From: Candidatus Geothermocultor quzhuomuensis
Lineage (GTDB): Bacteria > Actinomycetota > Aquicultoria > Geothermocultorales > Geothermocultoraceae
Assembly: GCA_015711795.1 (NCBI GenBank)
Contig: JACVJC010000007.1
Coordinates: forward strand, 5,809-69,808
Direction: 5' to 3'
Length of the DNA stretch: 64,000 bases
Under the pieces are notes generated by a model. The model was not told the origin of the DNA. It did not search any database and saw nothing but the letters and a program-made list of their open reading frames with translations. Numbering within the stretch: position 1 is the stretch's first letter; each line of letters starts with the position of its first letter. Below are positions 8,898 through 19,331 of this stretch, piece by piece. A program made the position numbers and the translations under genes.

Positions 8898-10196
8898 TTG
8901 GGAAGGAATAAGTTTAAAGCACCCAAAGGAACCCGTGACATTTTACCGGAAGAAGCTAAGAAGAGAGAATATATTGAGGAGATAGCTAAGGAGATTTTTC
9001 AATTGTATAACTATCAACCGATTATTACACCCCTTTTTGAAAAAACTGAACTTTTTATTAGGGGTATCGGTGAGTCAACTGATATTGTTCAAAAAGAAAT
9101 GTATACTTTTCAAGATAAAAAAGGAAGGAGCTTAACTCTTCGGCCAGAGGGAACAGCTTCCATTGTCCGAGCTTTTCTAGAACATAATTTTAATCAAAAA
9201 CCTTTTCCACTTAAGCTGTTTTATATTGGTCCAATGTATCGCTTTGAACGACCTCAAGCAGGCCGTTCTCGTGAATTTTGGCAGATTGGTGCTGAAGCAA
9301 TTGGCTCAATTGAACCAGCTATTGATGCTGAAATAATTTGTTTAATGATTGAATACTTAACTCGATTAGGTTTAAAGGATTTTACTCTTTTGTTAAATAG
9401 TATGGGTTGCCCTAAATGTCGGCTTAGTTTTATTAAAGTTTTAGAAAAATATCTTCATCCTTTTAAAGGTGAGCTTTGCCCTGATTGTGTGAGAAGACTT
9501 TCTACTAACCTCTTAAGAATATATGATTGCAAAAACAAAAATTGCCTGAAAATTTTACGTCAGGGGCCAATAATTTCTCATTTTTTATGTGAGGAATGTC
9601 TTTCTCATTTTAAAGAACTTCAAGCCCTCTTAACTCAAGAGGGAATCCATTTTCAAATTGAACCCTTTTTAGCAAGAGGTCTTGATTATTACACCAAGAC
9701 GACTTTTGAAGTAAGGAGCCCTTATTTAGGAGCTCAAAATGCCATTGGTGGCGGTGGAAGGTATGATGGGTTAATTGAGGAGTTGGGGGGTGACTCTACA
9801 CCCGGTATAGGTTTTGCAATTGGTGTAGAAAGGCTCCTTCTCCATGCTGAAGTTGAAAAAATAAAAATTCCTCAAGCTGCAAAACCAAAAGTTTTTATCG
9901 GATTGGTCGAGAGGGATTTAAAAAGGGAAGCTTTTAAGATTCTCCAGGACTTGAGGGATGCTTCAATCTCAGCTGAAATGGATTTTCTAGGAAGAAGTCT
10001 TAAAAGTCAAATTAGACTAGCTGATAAACTTGGCGTCTCTTTTGTCTTATTTATTGGGCCGGATGAAATGGAAAAAGGTGTCGTTAAGGTAAGAGATATG
10101 GAATCAGGCTTAGAAGAAGAGATTAAAAAAGATAACTTAATATTTTCTTTAAAGAAAAAACTCTCAGTAAAAGATGGGGGAAACAATGAATCCTAA
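8898..10196 (+). CDS. hisS: Histidine--tRNA ligase
   Basis: Class II aaRS motifs (..RPEGTA.., GGGRYD), HisRS architecture, and an anticodon-binding C-terminus. Confidence 0.9.
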   Translation: MGRNKFKAPKGTRDILPEEAKKREYIEEIAKEIFQLYNYQPIITPLFEKTELFIRGIGESTDIVQKEMYTFQDKKGRSLTLRPEGTASIVRAFLEHNFNQKPFPLKLFYIGPMYRFERPQAGRSREFWQIGAEAIGSIEPAIDAEIICLMIEYLTRLGLKDFTLLLNSMGCPKCRLSFIKVLEKYLHPFKGELCPDCVRRLSTNLLRIYDCKNKNCLKILRQGPIISHFLCEECLSHFKELQALLTQEGIHFQIEPFLARGLDYYTKTTFEVRSPYLGAQNAIGGGGRYDGLIEELGGDSTPGIGFAIGVERLLLHAEVEKIKIPQAAKPKVFIGLVERDLKREAFKILQDLRDASISAEMDFLGRSLKSQIRLADKLGVSFVLFIGPDEMEKGVVKVRDMESGLEEEIKKDNLIFSLKKKLSVKDGGNNES

Positions 10197-11952
10197 AATT
10201 AAATACTCCCAAAAGACTCACAACTGTGGGGAAGTTAGGTTAAAGAATGTTGGTGAAAATGTTACTCTTTTTGGCTGGGTTCATCGGAGAAGAGATCATG
10301 GTGGTTTAATCTTTCTTGATTTGCGAGATCGGAGTGGGTTGATTCAGGTTGTAGCTGATCCTAGCTTATCAAGGGAAGCTTTTAAGATAGCTCAAAAAGT
10401 GAGAGGTGAGTATGTTATCTCAGCTAAGGGTAAGATTTGTCGCCGACCACCAGAGACTGAAAATCCTAACTTGCCCACAGGGGAAGTTGAGTTAAGAGCT
10501 GATGAAATAAGGATTGTAAGTAAAGCAAAGACTCCTCCTTTCGAAGTTGAAGATGGAATTGTAGTTGACGAAAACTTAAGGCTTAAATACCGTTATATCG
10601 ATTTGAGACGAAGGGAGATGCTTTCATCTTTAGAATTACGGCATAAAGTAGTTGCTTGCTTGAGGAATTTTTTAAATCAAGAGGGTTTTCTCGAAGTAGA
10701 AACACCTTATTTAACTAAGAGCACTCCTGAGGGAGCTCGTGATTATCTTGTTCCGAGTCGGGTTCATCCAGGGCATTTTTATGCTCTTCCTCAATCTCCT
10801 CAGCTTTTCAAGCAAATCCTTATGGTGGCGGGAATAGAAAGATATTACCAAATTGCCCGGTGTTTCCGTGACGAGGACTTACGAGCTGACCGTCAGCCTG
10901 AGCACACCCAGATTGATTTAGAGATGTCTTTTGTCTCTCGCGATGATATCCTTTCCCTGGTTGAGGCAATGTTAAAGAAGGTTTTTCTCCTAATTAACCA
11001 AGATTTAATTATTCCATTCCCTCGGATGACCTATGATGAAGCAATGAGAAGATACGGAACAGATAAACCTGATTTAAGATATGGCTTGGAAATAACTGAC
11101 TTAACTCCGATCTTTAAAGAAACTAATTTTAAGGTTTTTGCTCAAGTGATAAGGGATGGGGGAGTGATTCGGGGAATTAAAGTGGAAAAAGAATTTACTC
11201 GGAAGCAAATTGATGATGTTATAAATTTAGCTCTTCAAAATGGCGCCAAGGGGTTGACTTGGTTTTCTTATTTAGGGGGAGAATTAAAATCCCCAGTTGT
11301 TAAGTTTTTAAATCAAGATGAGATAAAAAATTTAATTCAGGCTTTTCAATTGAGAGGCAAAAATACACTTTTCTTGATGGCTGATCAATCTCATGTGGCC
11401 AGTCAGGTTTTGGGGATTTTAAGAGAAAACCTTTGTAAACAACTTAACTTGGTTAAGTCTAACAATTTTAAATTTCTTTGGATTATTAACTTTCCTCTTT
11501 TTGAATATGACGAAGAGGAAAAGCGGCTCAAGTCACATCACCATCCCTTTACATCTCCAACGGAAGAATCAATTCCTCTCTTAGATAGCGAACCTCTAAA
11601 AGCTAAAGCAAATGCTTATGACTTGGTTGTTAATGGAGTTGAGATTGGGGGAGGGAGCCTAAGGATTCATTTGACAGGGCTTCAAGAAAAAATTTTTTCT
11701 CTTTTAGGTCTCTCGCCGTTAGAAATTAAAGAAAAATTTGGTTTTCTTCTGGAAGCTTTTAAGTATGGCGTTCCACCCCATGGAGGGATTGCTCTTGGGC
11801 TCGATAGGTTAGTGATGCTGATGGCTAGGCGCGAGAGTATCCGTGATGTCATTGCTTTTCCTAAAACTCAATCTGCTTTTTGCCCTCTTACGAAAGCTCC
11901 TGACGCTGTGAAGGAAAAACAGTTAAGAGAACTTCACATTCGACTTCGTTAA
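10174..11952 (+). CDS. aspS: Aspartate--tRNA ligase
   Basis: OB-fold N-domain, [13 protein letters not shown] motif 2, GGGSLRIH and GLDRL motif 3, and a bacterial-type insertion domain. The likely start is ATG at 10186 (MNPKIKY). Confidence 0.9.
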   Translation: MGETMNPKIKYSQKTHNCGEVRLKNVGENVTLFGWVHRRRDHGGLIFLDLRDRSGLIQVVADPSLSREAFKIAQKVRGEYVISAKGKICRRPPETENPNLPTGEVELRADEIRIVSKAKTPPFEVEDGIVVDENLRLKYRYIDLRRREMLSSLELRHKVVACLRNFLNQEGFLEVETPYLTKSTPEGARDYLVPSRVHPGHFYALPQSPQLFKQILMVAGIERYYQIARCFRDEDLRADRQPEHTQIDLEMSFVSRDDILSLVEAMLKKVFLLINQDLIIPFPRMTYDEAMRRYGTDKPDLRYGLEITDLTPIFKETNFKVFAQVIRDGGVIRGIKVEKEFTRKQIDDVINLALQNGAKGLTWFSYLGGELKSPVVKFLNQDEIKNLIQAFQLRGKNTLFLMADQSHVASQVLGILRENLCKQLNLVKSNNFKFLWIINFPLFEYDEEEKRLKSHHHPFTSPTEESIPLLDSEPLKAKANAYDLVVNGVEIGGGSLRIHLTGLQEKIFSLLGLSPLEIKEKFGFLLEAFKYGVPPHGGIALGLDRLVMLMARRESIRDVIAFPKTQSAFCPLTKAPDAVKEKQLRELHIRLR

Positions 11953-12343
11953 AAGAGCTAAAGACATGAAGAGGACTGAAGAGAGTAGACTGAAACAAAA
12001 AAGCAATCTTCTGACTGAAGGCTTAAGACAGAATCAAAATCATCTAAAATTAAATATTTAAAGGAACATTTAACTTTAGTCTTCAGTCTTTGAGTGGTGG
12101 ACTTTATTACGTTACTTGTTTATGCTAAAATTAAGCTAGGTGGCTCGGCCTTGTGCGTGTGAGGGAATATACTCGCTTGAGCCAACACACAAAGCGAGGG
12201 AGCCTGGCCTTTATTTGTAGATAGAATGCCTCCAAAGTATGAGGACTCTAGAAGCAAGTAAGAGGGCACCCACAATATGTGGGGAAGGGTTCAGCAGAGT
12301 TTTCCTGACACGGCAAGGCGGAGCTTCAAAATGGGGGAAAGTT

Positions 12344-12871
12344 TTGAGAAAGATAGTTATAGGGTTATTGGTAGTAATTGTTGTACTAGTAATAACTGGT
12401 TGTGGAGGTGGAGAGCCTACCCCCTCTACGGAAGTGACTCCTAGCATATCTACTTCCCCAGCTGGAGGAACAACTGCCACAGTTAGTATTACTAAACTTG
12501 AGGTTCCTCGAAAATTTACTCTTTCTGAACGGACACCAACTTTTTTTAAGGAAGCTCTTGAGAAAAAAGAGCCAATATTGTTAATGTTTTATTCTCCAAC
12601 TGACATTGTTTCCAATAAGCTTAGGGAAGTAGTGAGAAAAGTAAATGAAGATGTTGATTACCAAGGTAAGTTCATTCTTCTCCTTCTTGATATAGATGAT
12701 ATTGACAAGACTTTTGTTCTTGCAGAAGAGTTTGGGGTAGGAGATATACCTCAACTCTCAATTCTTGATGCTGAAGGAAATGTGGTCAGAGAGTTTCGAG
12801 GTGAGAGTGAATATATTGATGAGACACTTTTAAAGCAAGTTCTTTATAATATTATTAAAAAACCAAAATAA
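12344..12871 (+). CDS. Thioredoxin-fold lipoprotein lacking a CxxC motif
   Basis: Lipobox LVITGC follows a hydrophobic signal peptide (MRKIVIGLLVVIVVLVITGC). The C-terminal domain resembles a thioredoxin-like fold, with SPTD in place of CGPC. The ORF track extends to 12239, but that extension overlaps a GC-rich noncoding element. TTG at 12344 after GGGGGA is the plausible start. Confidence 0.5.
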   Translation: MRKIVIGLLVVIVVLVITGCGGGEPTPSTEVTPSISTSPAGGTTATVSITKLEVPRKFTLSERTPTFFKEALEKKEPILLMFYSPTDIVSNKLREVVRKVNEDVDYQGKFILLLLDIDDIDKTFVLAEEFGVGDIPQLSILDAEGNVVREFRGESEYIDETLLKQVLYNIIKKPK

Positions 12872-12924
12872 AAGAAAATTTAAATTAACTTATTGGTTCT
12901 GGGGTAATAAGTAAGGAATGTACT

Positions 12925-13851
12925 ATGAATTGTCCAAAATGTGGTAGCAAAAACCCAGAAGATAATTTATTTTGTGGTAAATGTGGTGCTTCGCTCTCTT
13001 CTAAAAGCGAAAGTCAGCCAAAATTGCCATGGAAAAGATATTGTAATTATTGTCAGTTTAAAGAAGAAAATCTTCCTAATGGTTCTTCTTACTGCTCTTG
13101 GTGTTATGAAGAAGCTTTTCAAAACCCAAACCTTCAAAAGCCACCATTTTTAACTGATGAAGAGAGCACTCAGTCAAAAAAAGCAAGTTTGAAAACTTCA
13201 TTGTCGGTGAGAGGTCGTCCCTCTTTTGCTCAAAAAGCTTCACGGCTGGAAAGGACTCTTTTTAGAAAAAAGGAAAAAATTAGTTGGAAGTCTTACATCA
13301 AGGAAAACCTAGGTTTATTTCTTTTCTTTTTATTAATTATTTTTATTTTTGCCATTTTTTTATTTTATTCTTTAAAAATTGAGAGCAGCAAAAATCTTAA
13401 AGAAGCTAGGGAGTACCTTGAATTTACCGATCGAGCAATAAAGGCTTATCCAGAAATTGTTAGGGATATGGGTTCAATTGCTAATCAAGTTTACTTACCA
13501 GGTAAAGGAGATTTCGAATCAAGACGAGAAGATGCTCTTAAGAAAATTGAAGATTTAAAAGAAAAAGTTAAAAAAAATTACAATTTGCTCAAAAAATCAA
13601 AGCCAAAGAAGAAAGAACTAAAAAGTCTTAAGGAAAATCTCTCTCTGGCTTACAAAATTTTACTTCAAACTGACCTACCTGAACTGGAAGAATTTATCAG
13701 AACAATTGATACTAATCTTATCAGTTCAATGATGAAAGGAGAATTAAGTCAGGCTCCTTTTATCCGAGCAATTTCTATTTCAAAAGATGCCTCTTCTCAT
13801 TTAGATAAAGCTATTGAGATTTGGTATGAAGAAAAAGACCTCATTTCATAA
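12925..13851 (+). CDS. Double zinc-ribbon membrane protein with a C-terminal coiled-coil domain (hypothetical)
   Basis: CPKCGS...CGKCG and CNYCQ...CSWC zinc-ribbon motifs, one transmembrane helix (LGLFLFFLLIIFIFAIFLFYSL), and a K/E-rich coiled coil. Confidence 0.5.
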   Translation: MNCPKCGSKNPEDNLFCGKCGASLSSKSESQPKLPWKRYCNYCQFKEENLPNGSSYCSWCYEEAFQNPNLQKPPFLTDEESTQSKKASLKTSLSVRGRPSFAQKASRLERTLFRKKEKISWKSYIKENLGLFLFFLLIIFIFAIFLFYSLKIESSKNLKEAREYLEFTDRAIKAYPEIVRDMGSIANQVYLPGKGDFESRREDALKKIEDLKEKVKKNYNLLKKSKPKKKELKSLKENLSLAYKILLQTDLPELEEFIRTIDTNLISSMMKGELSQAPFIRAISISKDASSHLDKAIEIWYEEKDLIS

Positions 13852-13953
13852 GGAATAATAAATTTTTTCTAAATTTTTGTCTTAATTTTCATAAAGCAAT
13901 TTACTTTTTGCCAGAAAGAAAAAAATTTATTAAAATAATGAAAAGTAAAGGAG

Positions 13954-16902
13954 TTGATGATGAAGAAATTAAAGTTAACTTTAATTATATTTACTCTTAT
14001 TGTCTTGATTGTTGGTTGTGCCCCCAAAATTGAGAAAATTCCTAGGATACCAGAGGTTAGAGAAAAAAAGCTTAAGGAATATTCTTTAAGTGAAGTTCAA
14101 AAAGATTCACTTCTTGCCTTAGCCGAGGGTGAGATAGGTGTTTTTGAAGGTGACCCAATCTTAGCTCAACTTGAGGTTTTTAAGGAAAGGGAACTAGTTA
14201 AAGCCATTCGAATTCCTGAGATTATGATAATTGAACCAGAAGAAGGTGCTTTTCTCAAGGGGAGAGTGGATGTTAAATGTTCTATTAAGAATGTTAAAGA
14301 TGTTGAAGAAGTGCGATTTTATGTCGATGGAGTTTTACGCCAAACGGTTAAAACATCTCCTTTTCAATGGAGCTGGGATACAAATGTTGAAACAAAGACT
14401 TCTCATACACTTAAGGTAGTTGCTAAAAGCAAAGTTGGTGAAACTCAAGATACAGTTAATGTTTATGTGGTGGTTGAAGGCTCGATGGGTTTTCCATCAA
14501 CTAACTACACTAGTGCTAACGGCAACGTAAAGGCAGTTACCTATTACGATGTAAGCTCAGCTCAGTATTTAACTGGCCTTTTAGCACAAACTTACTCCAC
14601 TACTGCGACCTTAACTTATACTTTTACGCCCCCCCATCCCAATAGTTATTTATCTGGTGCAATAGATGTGAAAGGAGAGTTAATATCAGGGGATGAACCT
14701 ACCTACAAGATTTATAACTGGTCAACGGAGCGATATGAAAGTGAAGTTTATGACCCAAAGGCACGAGCTTACACTGGTAGTTACGGTTCTGGTACAGCCT
14801 TTCAGTTTCCTTACTTTCAACCAAAGCAAAATAAGGTCAAAATTAAAATTGAAATCCCTCCCTTCACCACCTATCGCTTTGAAGATCTCAATTTTTCCTA
14901 CCAGTATGTTTATGATAAAAAAGCACCAACAGTTAGCTCTCTCTTTACTGACTTTACTTTAATTGCTGATGAATCTCCTAACGCTGTTAGATTCTTTTAC
15001 AACCTTTCAGAAAATTCATTTGTTAAGATAAAAATTTATAATCGTTCAGGGAAGCTTGTAACCACTATTAAGCGAACTGATTGGATTGGTTTTCAATATA
15101 GTGATTACTGGAATATCCCAAAGGGTTATTCTTCAAGTGACTTAAAGTTTAAGGTTGAAGTTCAAGATTCGGCTGGTTACACTGGTTCATCAAAAACTTA
15201 CTATCTCTCTCAAGTAGCAACTGGCTTTCCTAAAGAGTGGCAAACTCTTGAAGGGACACTGGTAATTCCTTTAAGTTCTTACTCTGAAGCGAGGGGAAGC
15301 ATTAAGCTTAAAACTTTTTATGATGAAGAAGTGGGAGGCACAAAGCAGGCTTTAGAGATTGGTTCAAATGCCAGCCCAGCTCAGGTTTGTTTCACTTTTT
15401 ACCCTCCCCACCCTTTTAATTACTCTATAGGTAATGTTCCAATTGAGGGTAAAATACTTTCAGGGGAGGAGCCAACTTTTGAGATATTTGATTGGGCAAG
15501 TGAGAAATTTGTTGAGAAAGTCGAAGATGTCGAAGAGGGTGGAAGCGTAGATTTTGGGCCTGAGGTTCCCTTTGGTTTTCAATACTTTGAGCCAGGCGGG
15601 AACAGAGTTAAAATTAAAATCAAGTTACCTCCTTACAGTCTTTATCGCATTGAAAGCATGAGACTTTATTACAAGTGCTATTATGATAAAACTCCTCCCT
15701 CGATTAGCCGAGTTTCTAATGCTTATTCTCTCGAAACAAGGGAGTATTTACCAATTGTTAACTTTTATTATGAGTTATCCGAGAACTCTTTTGTTAAGAT
15801 AAAAATTTATGACTCAAGCAACAATTTAGTTAAAACGATTTCTGAAGCAAAAGGGAAATATTACCAAAGCTCTAGTTGGAAAGTTCCAAAAGGTTATTCG
15901 CTGAGCAATCTCAAATTTAAAATTGAGGTTAGAGATTCAACTGGTTTTTCAGCTACTTCTCTTACTTATCCTTTTGGTCAATTTGCTCTTACTCTTCCTG
16001 AGGAAGGAGCTCCAAACTTATTGCCTTTCTTTGAGTCAACTCCGGGGGCAATTGAAACTACTTCATCATTAATTAGTGCTTGGTCTTATACTGGCTACTC
16101 AGGTAATGTCCGAAAAGTAGTTTATTATGACCAACCCCACTACTCAGCTACTCTTATTGGGCCAGATGAAGCAACTTCATCGGTCACCTATGCTTTTAAA
16201 GTTAATCCACCTGCCTTTTCCTCTAAGGCTTTTAAGATGATATTTAATAAAGATGCAGCTATTCCCAAGGTTACAGTTGAAGGGGAAGCTATCTACACAC
16301 CTGAGGGGAAAAGTGTTTCTTATAGTGTCTACAATTATTTAACTGAAAGGTTTGACTATAATCTTTATGATTGGATTGAGTCAAGAGAGAAAGATAGTGT
16401 CTTAGACGAAGAAATTTATAAAGAACCCTATAGCAGTGGAGCTAATTTACCAATTGTTTATGTTGATCCAAAGACCAAAACATTTAAGGTTCGCATAGAG
16501 GTTCCCCCGAGAATGATTTATCGAATAAAAGATTCAGGAGGAGCTTTAGCGATAAAGGTTGATTATACTTGTGAATTTGATACCGAATTGCCATGGGTTG
16601 AGAAAGTTAGTGTCAGTGACATTGTGCCCAATGATGGTAAAGTTGAAATTCGCTATCTTTTAAGCGAGGATGCCTTTGTTAAAATTCGAGTTGAAACAGC
16701 TAGAGGAAGCTTAGTTGATACCATTAAGTGGGCAGATTATCAAGGGATAAAGGCAGGTTCCGAGTTTGTCTATCACTACTGGAAGGTTCCTTCACCTCGA
16801 TATTATGGCTCATATTTAAGGTTAAGATTTGATTTAACTGATTTGGCAGGAAATGAATATACTTCTGATTATTACCCAGTGACCATTCCATTTAATCCCT
16901 AG
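13954..16902 (+). CDS. Large surface lipoprotein (982 aa) made of three diverged tandem modules of about 250-300 aa, with Ig-like/FlgD-Ig-like beta domains
   Basis: Signal peptide with lipobox IVGCAP. The module order PPHP-containing domain, KVKIKIEIPP..YR domain, then FVKIKIY..W.VPKGYS domain is repeated three times. A DNA-level repeat remnant, ttgttaagataaaaatttat, occurs at 15020 and 15793. Confidence 0.7.
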   Translation: MMMKKLKLTLIIFTLIVLIVGCAPKIEKIPRIPEVREKKLKEYSLSEVQKDSLLALAEGEIGVFEGDPILAQLEVFKERELVKAIRIPEIMIIEPEEGAFLKGRVDVKCSIKNVKDVEEVRFYVDGVLRQTVKTSPFQWSWDTNVETKTSHTLKVVAKSKVGETQDTVNVYVVVEGSMGFPSTNYTSANGNVKAVTYYDVSSAQYLTGLLAQTYSTTATLTYTFTPPHPNSYLSGAIDVKGELISGDEPTYKIYNWSTERYESEVYDPKARAYTGSYGSGTAFQFPYFQPKQNKVKIKIEIPPFTTYRFEDLNFSYQYVYDKKAPTVSSLFTDFTLIADESPNAVRFFYNLSENSFVKIKIYNRSGKLVTTIKRTDWIGFQYSDYWNIPKGYSSSDLKFKVEVQDSAGYTGSSKTYYLSQVATGFPKEWQTLEGTLVIPLSSYSEARGSIKLKTFYDEEVGGTKQALEIGSNASPAQVCFTFYPPHPFNYSIGNVPIEGKILSGEEPTFEIFDWASEKFVEKVEDVEEGGSVDFGPEVPFGFQYFEPGGNRVKIKIKLPPYSLYRIESMRLYYKCYYDKTPPSISRVSNAYSLETREYLPIVNFYYELSENSFVKIKIYDSSNNLVKTISEAKGKYYQSSSWKVPKGYSLSNLKFKIEVRDSTGFSATSLTYPFGQFALTLPEEGAPNLLPFFESTPGAIETTSSLISAWSYTGYSGNVRKVVYYDQPHYSATLIGPDEATSSVTYAFKVNPPAFSSKAFKMIFNKDAAIPKVTVEGEAIYTPEGKSVSYSVYNYLTERFDYNLYDWIESREKDSVLDEEIYKEPYSSGANLPIVYVDPKTKTFKVRIEVPPRMIYRIKDSGGALAIKVDYTCEFDTELPWVEKVSVSDIVPNDGKVEIRYLLSEDAFVKIRVETARGSLVDTIKWADYQGIKAGSEFVYHYWKVPSPRYYGSYLRLRFDLTDLAGNEYTSDYYPVTIPFNP

Positions 16903-17188
16903 CTTACACTTTGAGTAGGCAGCAGTTCTCTTTTCATACTAAATCTTTTTTCTGCTCTTTCCTTTTTGTTTGTATTTTCTATTAGCTAGTGAAATTAAAA
17001 ATTAAAAGTGCCTGTCTGGTTGAGAATCAGGCAAATAAAAATCTTCGCATTTTAATAAATCATTTTGCTTACTCTCAAGCCAGACTGCCTAACTCGCAGG
17101 TGGGGCTTTTAATCTTTTATCTTTAAGTTTCACTCTCCACCGCTACTAGTTACTTGTCACTCATTTTTATAAAATAAAGATAGATAGG

Positions 17189-18529
17189 GTGGTTAAGTTG
17201 AACCTTTTTGATAGTGAATTTAAAAAGGAGAGTAAACCTTATCAGCCTTTAGCTTTGCGAATGAGACCTCGCAAGTTAGAAGAATTTGTTGGTCAAGAGG
17301 AAATTGTTGGCGAAGGAACTTTTTTAAAGAAAGCAATTGAAGAAGATAAACTAGTTCCAATAATTTTATATGGTCCACCTGGTTCGGGGAAAACAAGCTT
17401 AGCAAAGATAATAGCTGAAGCTACCTCTGCTTATTGGGAGCAAATAAGTGCTGTTACTTCAGGTGTAGCTGAAGTACGTAAGGTAATTGAAGAAGCGCGT
17501 GAGAGATTTTCTCTTTTTGGGCAGAGGACTATCCTTTTTATCGATGAGATACATCGCTTTAATAAAGCTCAACAAGATGTTCTTTTGCCGGCGGTTGAGG
17601 AAGAGGTAATTATTTTAATTGGGGCAACCACTGAAAATCCCTATTTTGAAATAAATTCCCCTCTTATTTCTCGTTCAAAAATTTTACCTTTAAAGCCTCT
17701 TTCTTCCAAGGAGATTGAATTAATTTTAAAAAGAGCTCTAAAAGATAGAGAAAGAGGCTTAGGCAAAGAAAAAATTTTAATTGAGGACGAGGCACTTCAA
17801 TATATTATTGATAAATCAAATGGAGATGGCCGTGTTGCTCTTAATACACTCGAGACAGCAGTTTTTTTGGCTTCTGGAGAGAAAAGAAAAAAAATTGTTA
17901 ATTTAGAAGTTGCCAAAGAGGCAATTCAAAGGAGAAGCATATATTATGACAAAGACCGTGACATCCATTATGACACTATTTCTGCTTTTATTAAGAGTCT
18001 AAGAGGGTCTGACCCTGATGCTGCTATTTATTATTTAGCTAGAATGCTTAGGGGAGGAGAAGACCCTAGGTTTATTGCCCGAAGAATGATTATTTTTGCT
18101 TCTGAAGACATTGGAAACGCAGATCCTCGTGCTTTAACTATTGCAACCTCAGCATTTGAGGCAGTTGAATTTGTTGGAATGCCAGAGTGTCGTCTTAATT
18201 TAGCTCAAGCTGCTATTTATTTAGCTACAGCTCCAAAGAGTAACTCAGTTATCAAAGCAATCGATAAAGCTCTGGAAGCCTTAGAGGAAGAGGCTACTCC
18301 ACCCATCCCTGACCACTTAAAAGATTCTCATTATCCTGGAGCAAAAAAGCTGGGGCACGGTAAGGGTTATAAGTACCCTCACGTTTTTCCTCACCATTAT
18401 GTTGAGCAACCTTACTTGCCTGAGAATTTAAAAAAAAGGAAATATTATTTTCCTTCTGATGCTGGGTATGAGAAGAAAATAAAGGAATTTTTGAGATATT
18501 TAAAGGAAGCTGATAAAAAGACTAGTTAA
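17189..18529 (+). CDS. rarA: Replication-associated recombination protein A (AAA+ ATPase MgsA/RarA)
   Basis: Walker A GPPGSGKTS, Walker B FIDEIHRF, and the MgsA C-terminal domain. Confidence 0.85.
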   Translation: MVKLNLFDSEFKKESKPYQPLALRMRPRKLEEFVGQEEIVGEGTFLKKAIEEDKLVPIILYGPPGSGKTSLAKIIAEATSAYWEQISAVTSGVAEVRKVIEEARERFSLFGQRTILFIDEIHRFNKAQQDVLLPAVEEEVIILIGATTENPYFEINSPLISRSKILPLKPLSSKEIELILKRALKDRERGLGKEKILIEDEALQYIIDKSNGDGRVALNTLETAVFLASGEKRKKIVNLEVAKEAIQRRSIYYDKDRDIHYDTISAFIKSLRGSDPDAAIYYLARMLRGGEDPRFIARRMIIFASEDIGNADPRALTIATSAFEAVEFVGMPECRLNLAQAAIYLATAPKSNSVIKAIDKALEALEEEATPPIPDHLKDSHYPGAKKLGHGKGYKYPHVFPHHYVEQPYLPENLKKRKYYFPSDAGYEKKIKEFLRYLKEADKKTS

Positions 18530-18649
18530 TAAGCTGACAGGCTTTTAATTCAGGAGACTGCAGAAATTTCTCGCTGTTAAATTAAAGGGTTTGAAATGGT
18601 TTTTTAGAAATAAGAAAATATTTGTGATAGCATTTAAAAGGAGGAAAGA

Positions 18650-19012
18650 ATGAGTTTAAATTTGGCAATGGATATTATTTTAGTAATACTTGCAGCAATT
18701 TTAACCCTTTTTTTTGTTTATGTTTTAATCCAGCTCTCTAAAACTCTTGGTAGTATCAATGAGTTGATTAAAGATGTTAATAAACAAGTTCCTTCGCTAC
18801 TTGAAAAGCTCCAAATCACAATAGATGAAGTTAATTCGGAGTTAGGGCAGGTTGGTGAGATAGTTAAATCGGTTGAGGAAATAAGCGATAAGGTTAATAC
18901 AACAACTAATGTTGTTCAAGAAATAATTTCTTCACCATTAATTAAATTAGCTTCATTTTCAGCTGGGGCTAAGAAGGCAATTAGTACTTTAATTAAGGAG
19001 AAAAAAAAGTGA
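18650..19012 (+). CDS. DUF948-family membrane protein
   Basis: N-terminal transmembrane helix plus a coiled coil. It is paired with the YtxH-like gene downstream, as in the Bacillus ytxG/ytxH pair. Confidence 0.5.
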   Translation: MSLNLAMDIILVILAAILTLFFVYVLIQLSKTLGSINELIKDVNKQVPSLLEKLQITIDEVNSELGQVGEIVKSVEEISDKVNTTTNVVQEIISSPLIKLASFSAGAKKAISTLIKEKKK

Positions 19013-19266
19013 AAAAAATTTCAGGAAAGCATATCCTTTTAGGTATCTTTGGGGGTGTTTTGATTTTTTTGTTAACTACTCCTGTGGGGAGAGAAAAAGC
19101 AAAGAGAATCTTTTTACAAATTTCTGGACAATTTGTCTTAAAGGTTAAAGAGGCAATTGACCAATCTTCGGCTCGCTTAATGAAGGCAATTAAGGAAGGA
19201 ATAGAAGAAGCAAAAAGAAAAGAAGAAGAATTACAGGAAAAGATGATGCTTAAGACAGAAGACTAA
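19009..19266 (+). CDS. YtxH-like small membrane protein
   Basis: An N-terminal G-rich transmembrane segment (LLGIFGGVLIFLL) and a K/E-rich helix. It overlaps the upstream gene by 4 nt. Confidence 0.45.
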   Translation: MKKISGKHILLGIFGGVLIFLLTTPVGREKAKRIFLQISGQFVLKVKEAIDQSSARLMKAIKEGIEEAKRKEEELQEKMMLKTED

Positions 19267-19331
19267 AGACAGAAGGCTGAAGCTATAAAGTTCTACTTCG
19301 GTCTTTATCTTATAATTTAAAGGGATGTGAT

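Noticed and set aside
9400-9620. Cys-rich segment (CPKC...CPDC...C..C..C) in HisRS considered as a novel zinc-finger insertion
   Set aside because: It corresponds to the normal HisRS insertion domain between motifs 2 and 3, which carries Cys at these positions in many bacterial HisRS. It is not evidence of a new domain.
11971-12088. Recurrent GACTGAAG / GAGGACTGAAG words just downstream of stop codons (also at 4298-4308 and 24495-24510), considered as a REP-like repeat family
   Set aside because: The copies are only 8-11 nt and lack a shared hairpin. The expected number of chance 11-mer duplicates in 64 kb of AT-rich DNA is large. This probably reflects purine-rich compositional bias in spacers.
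12239-12343. N-terminal 35-codon extension of the lipoprotein ORF starting at ATG 12239
   Set aside because: It overlaps the GC-rich structured intergenic element and precedes the signal peptide. TTG at 12344 with an upstream GGGGGA gives a canonical lipoprotein N-terminus.
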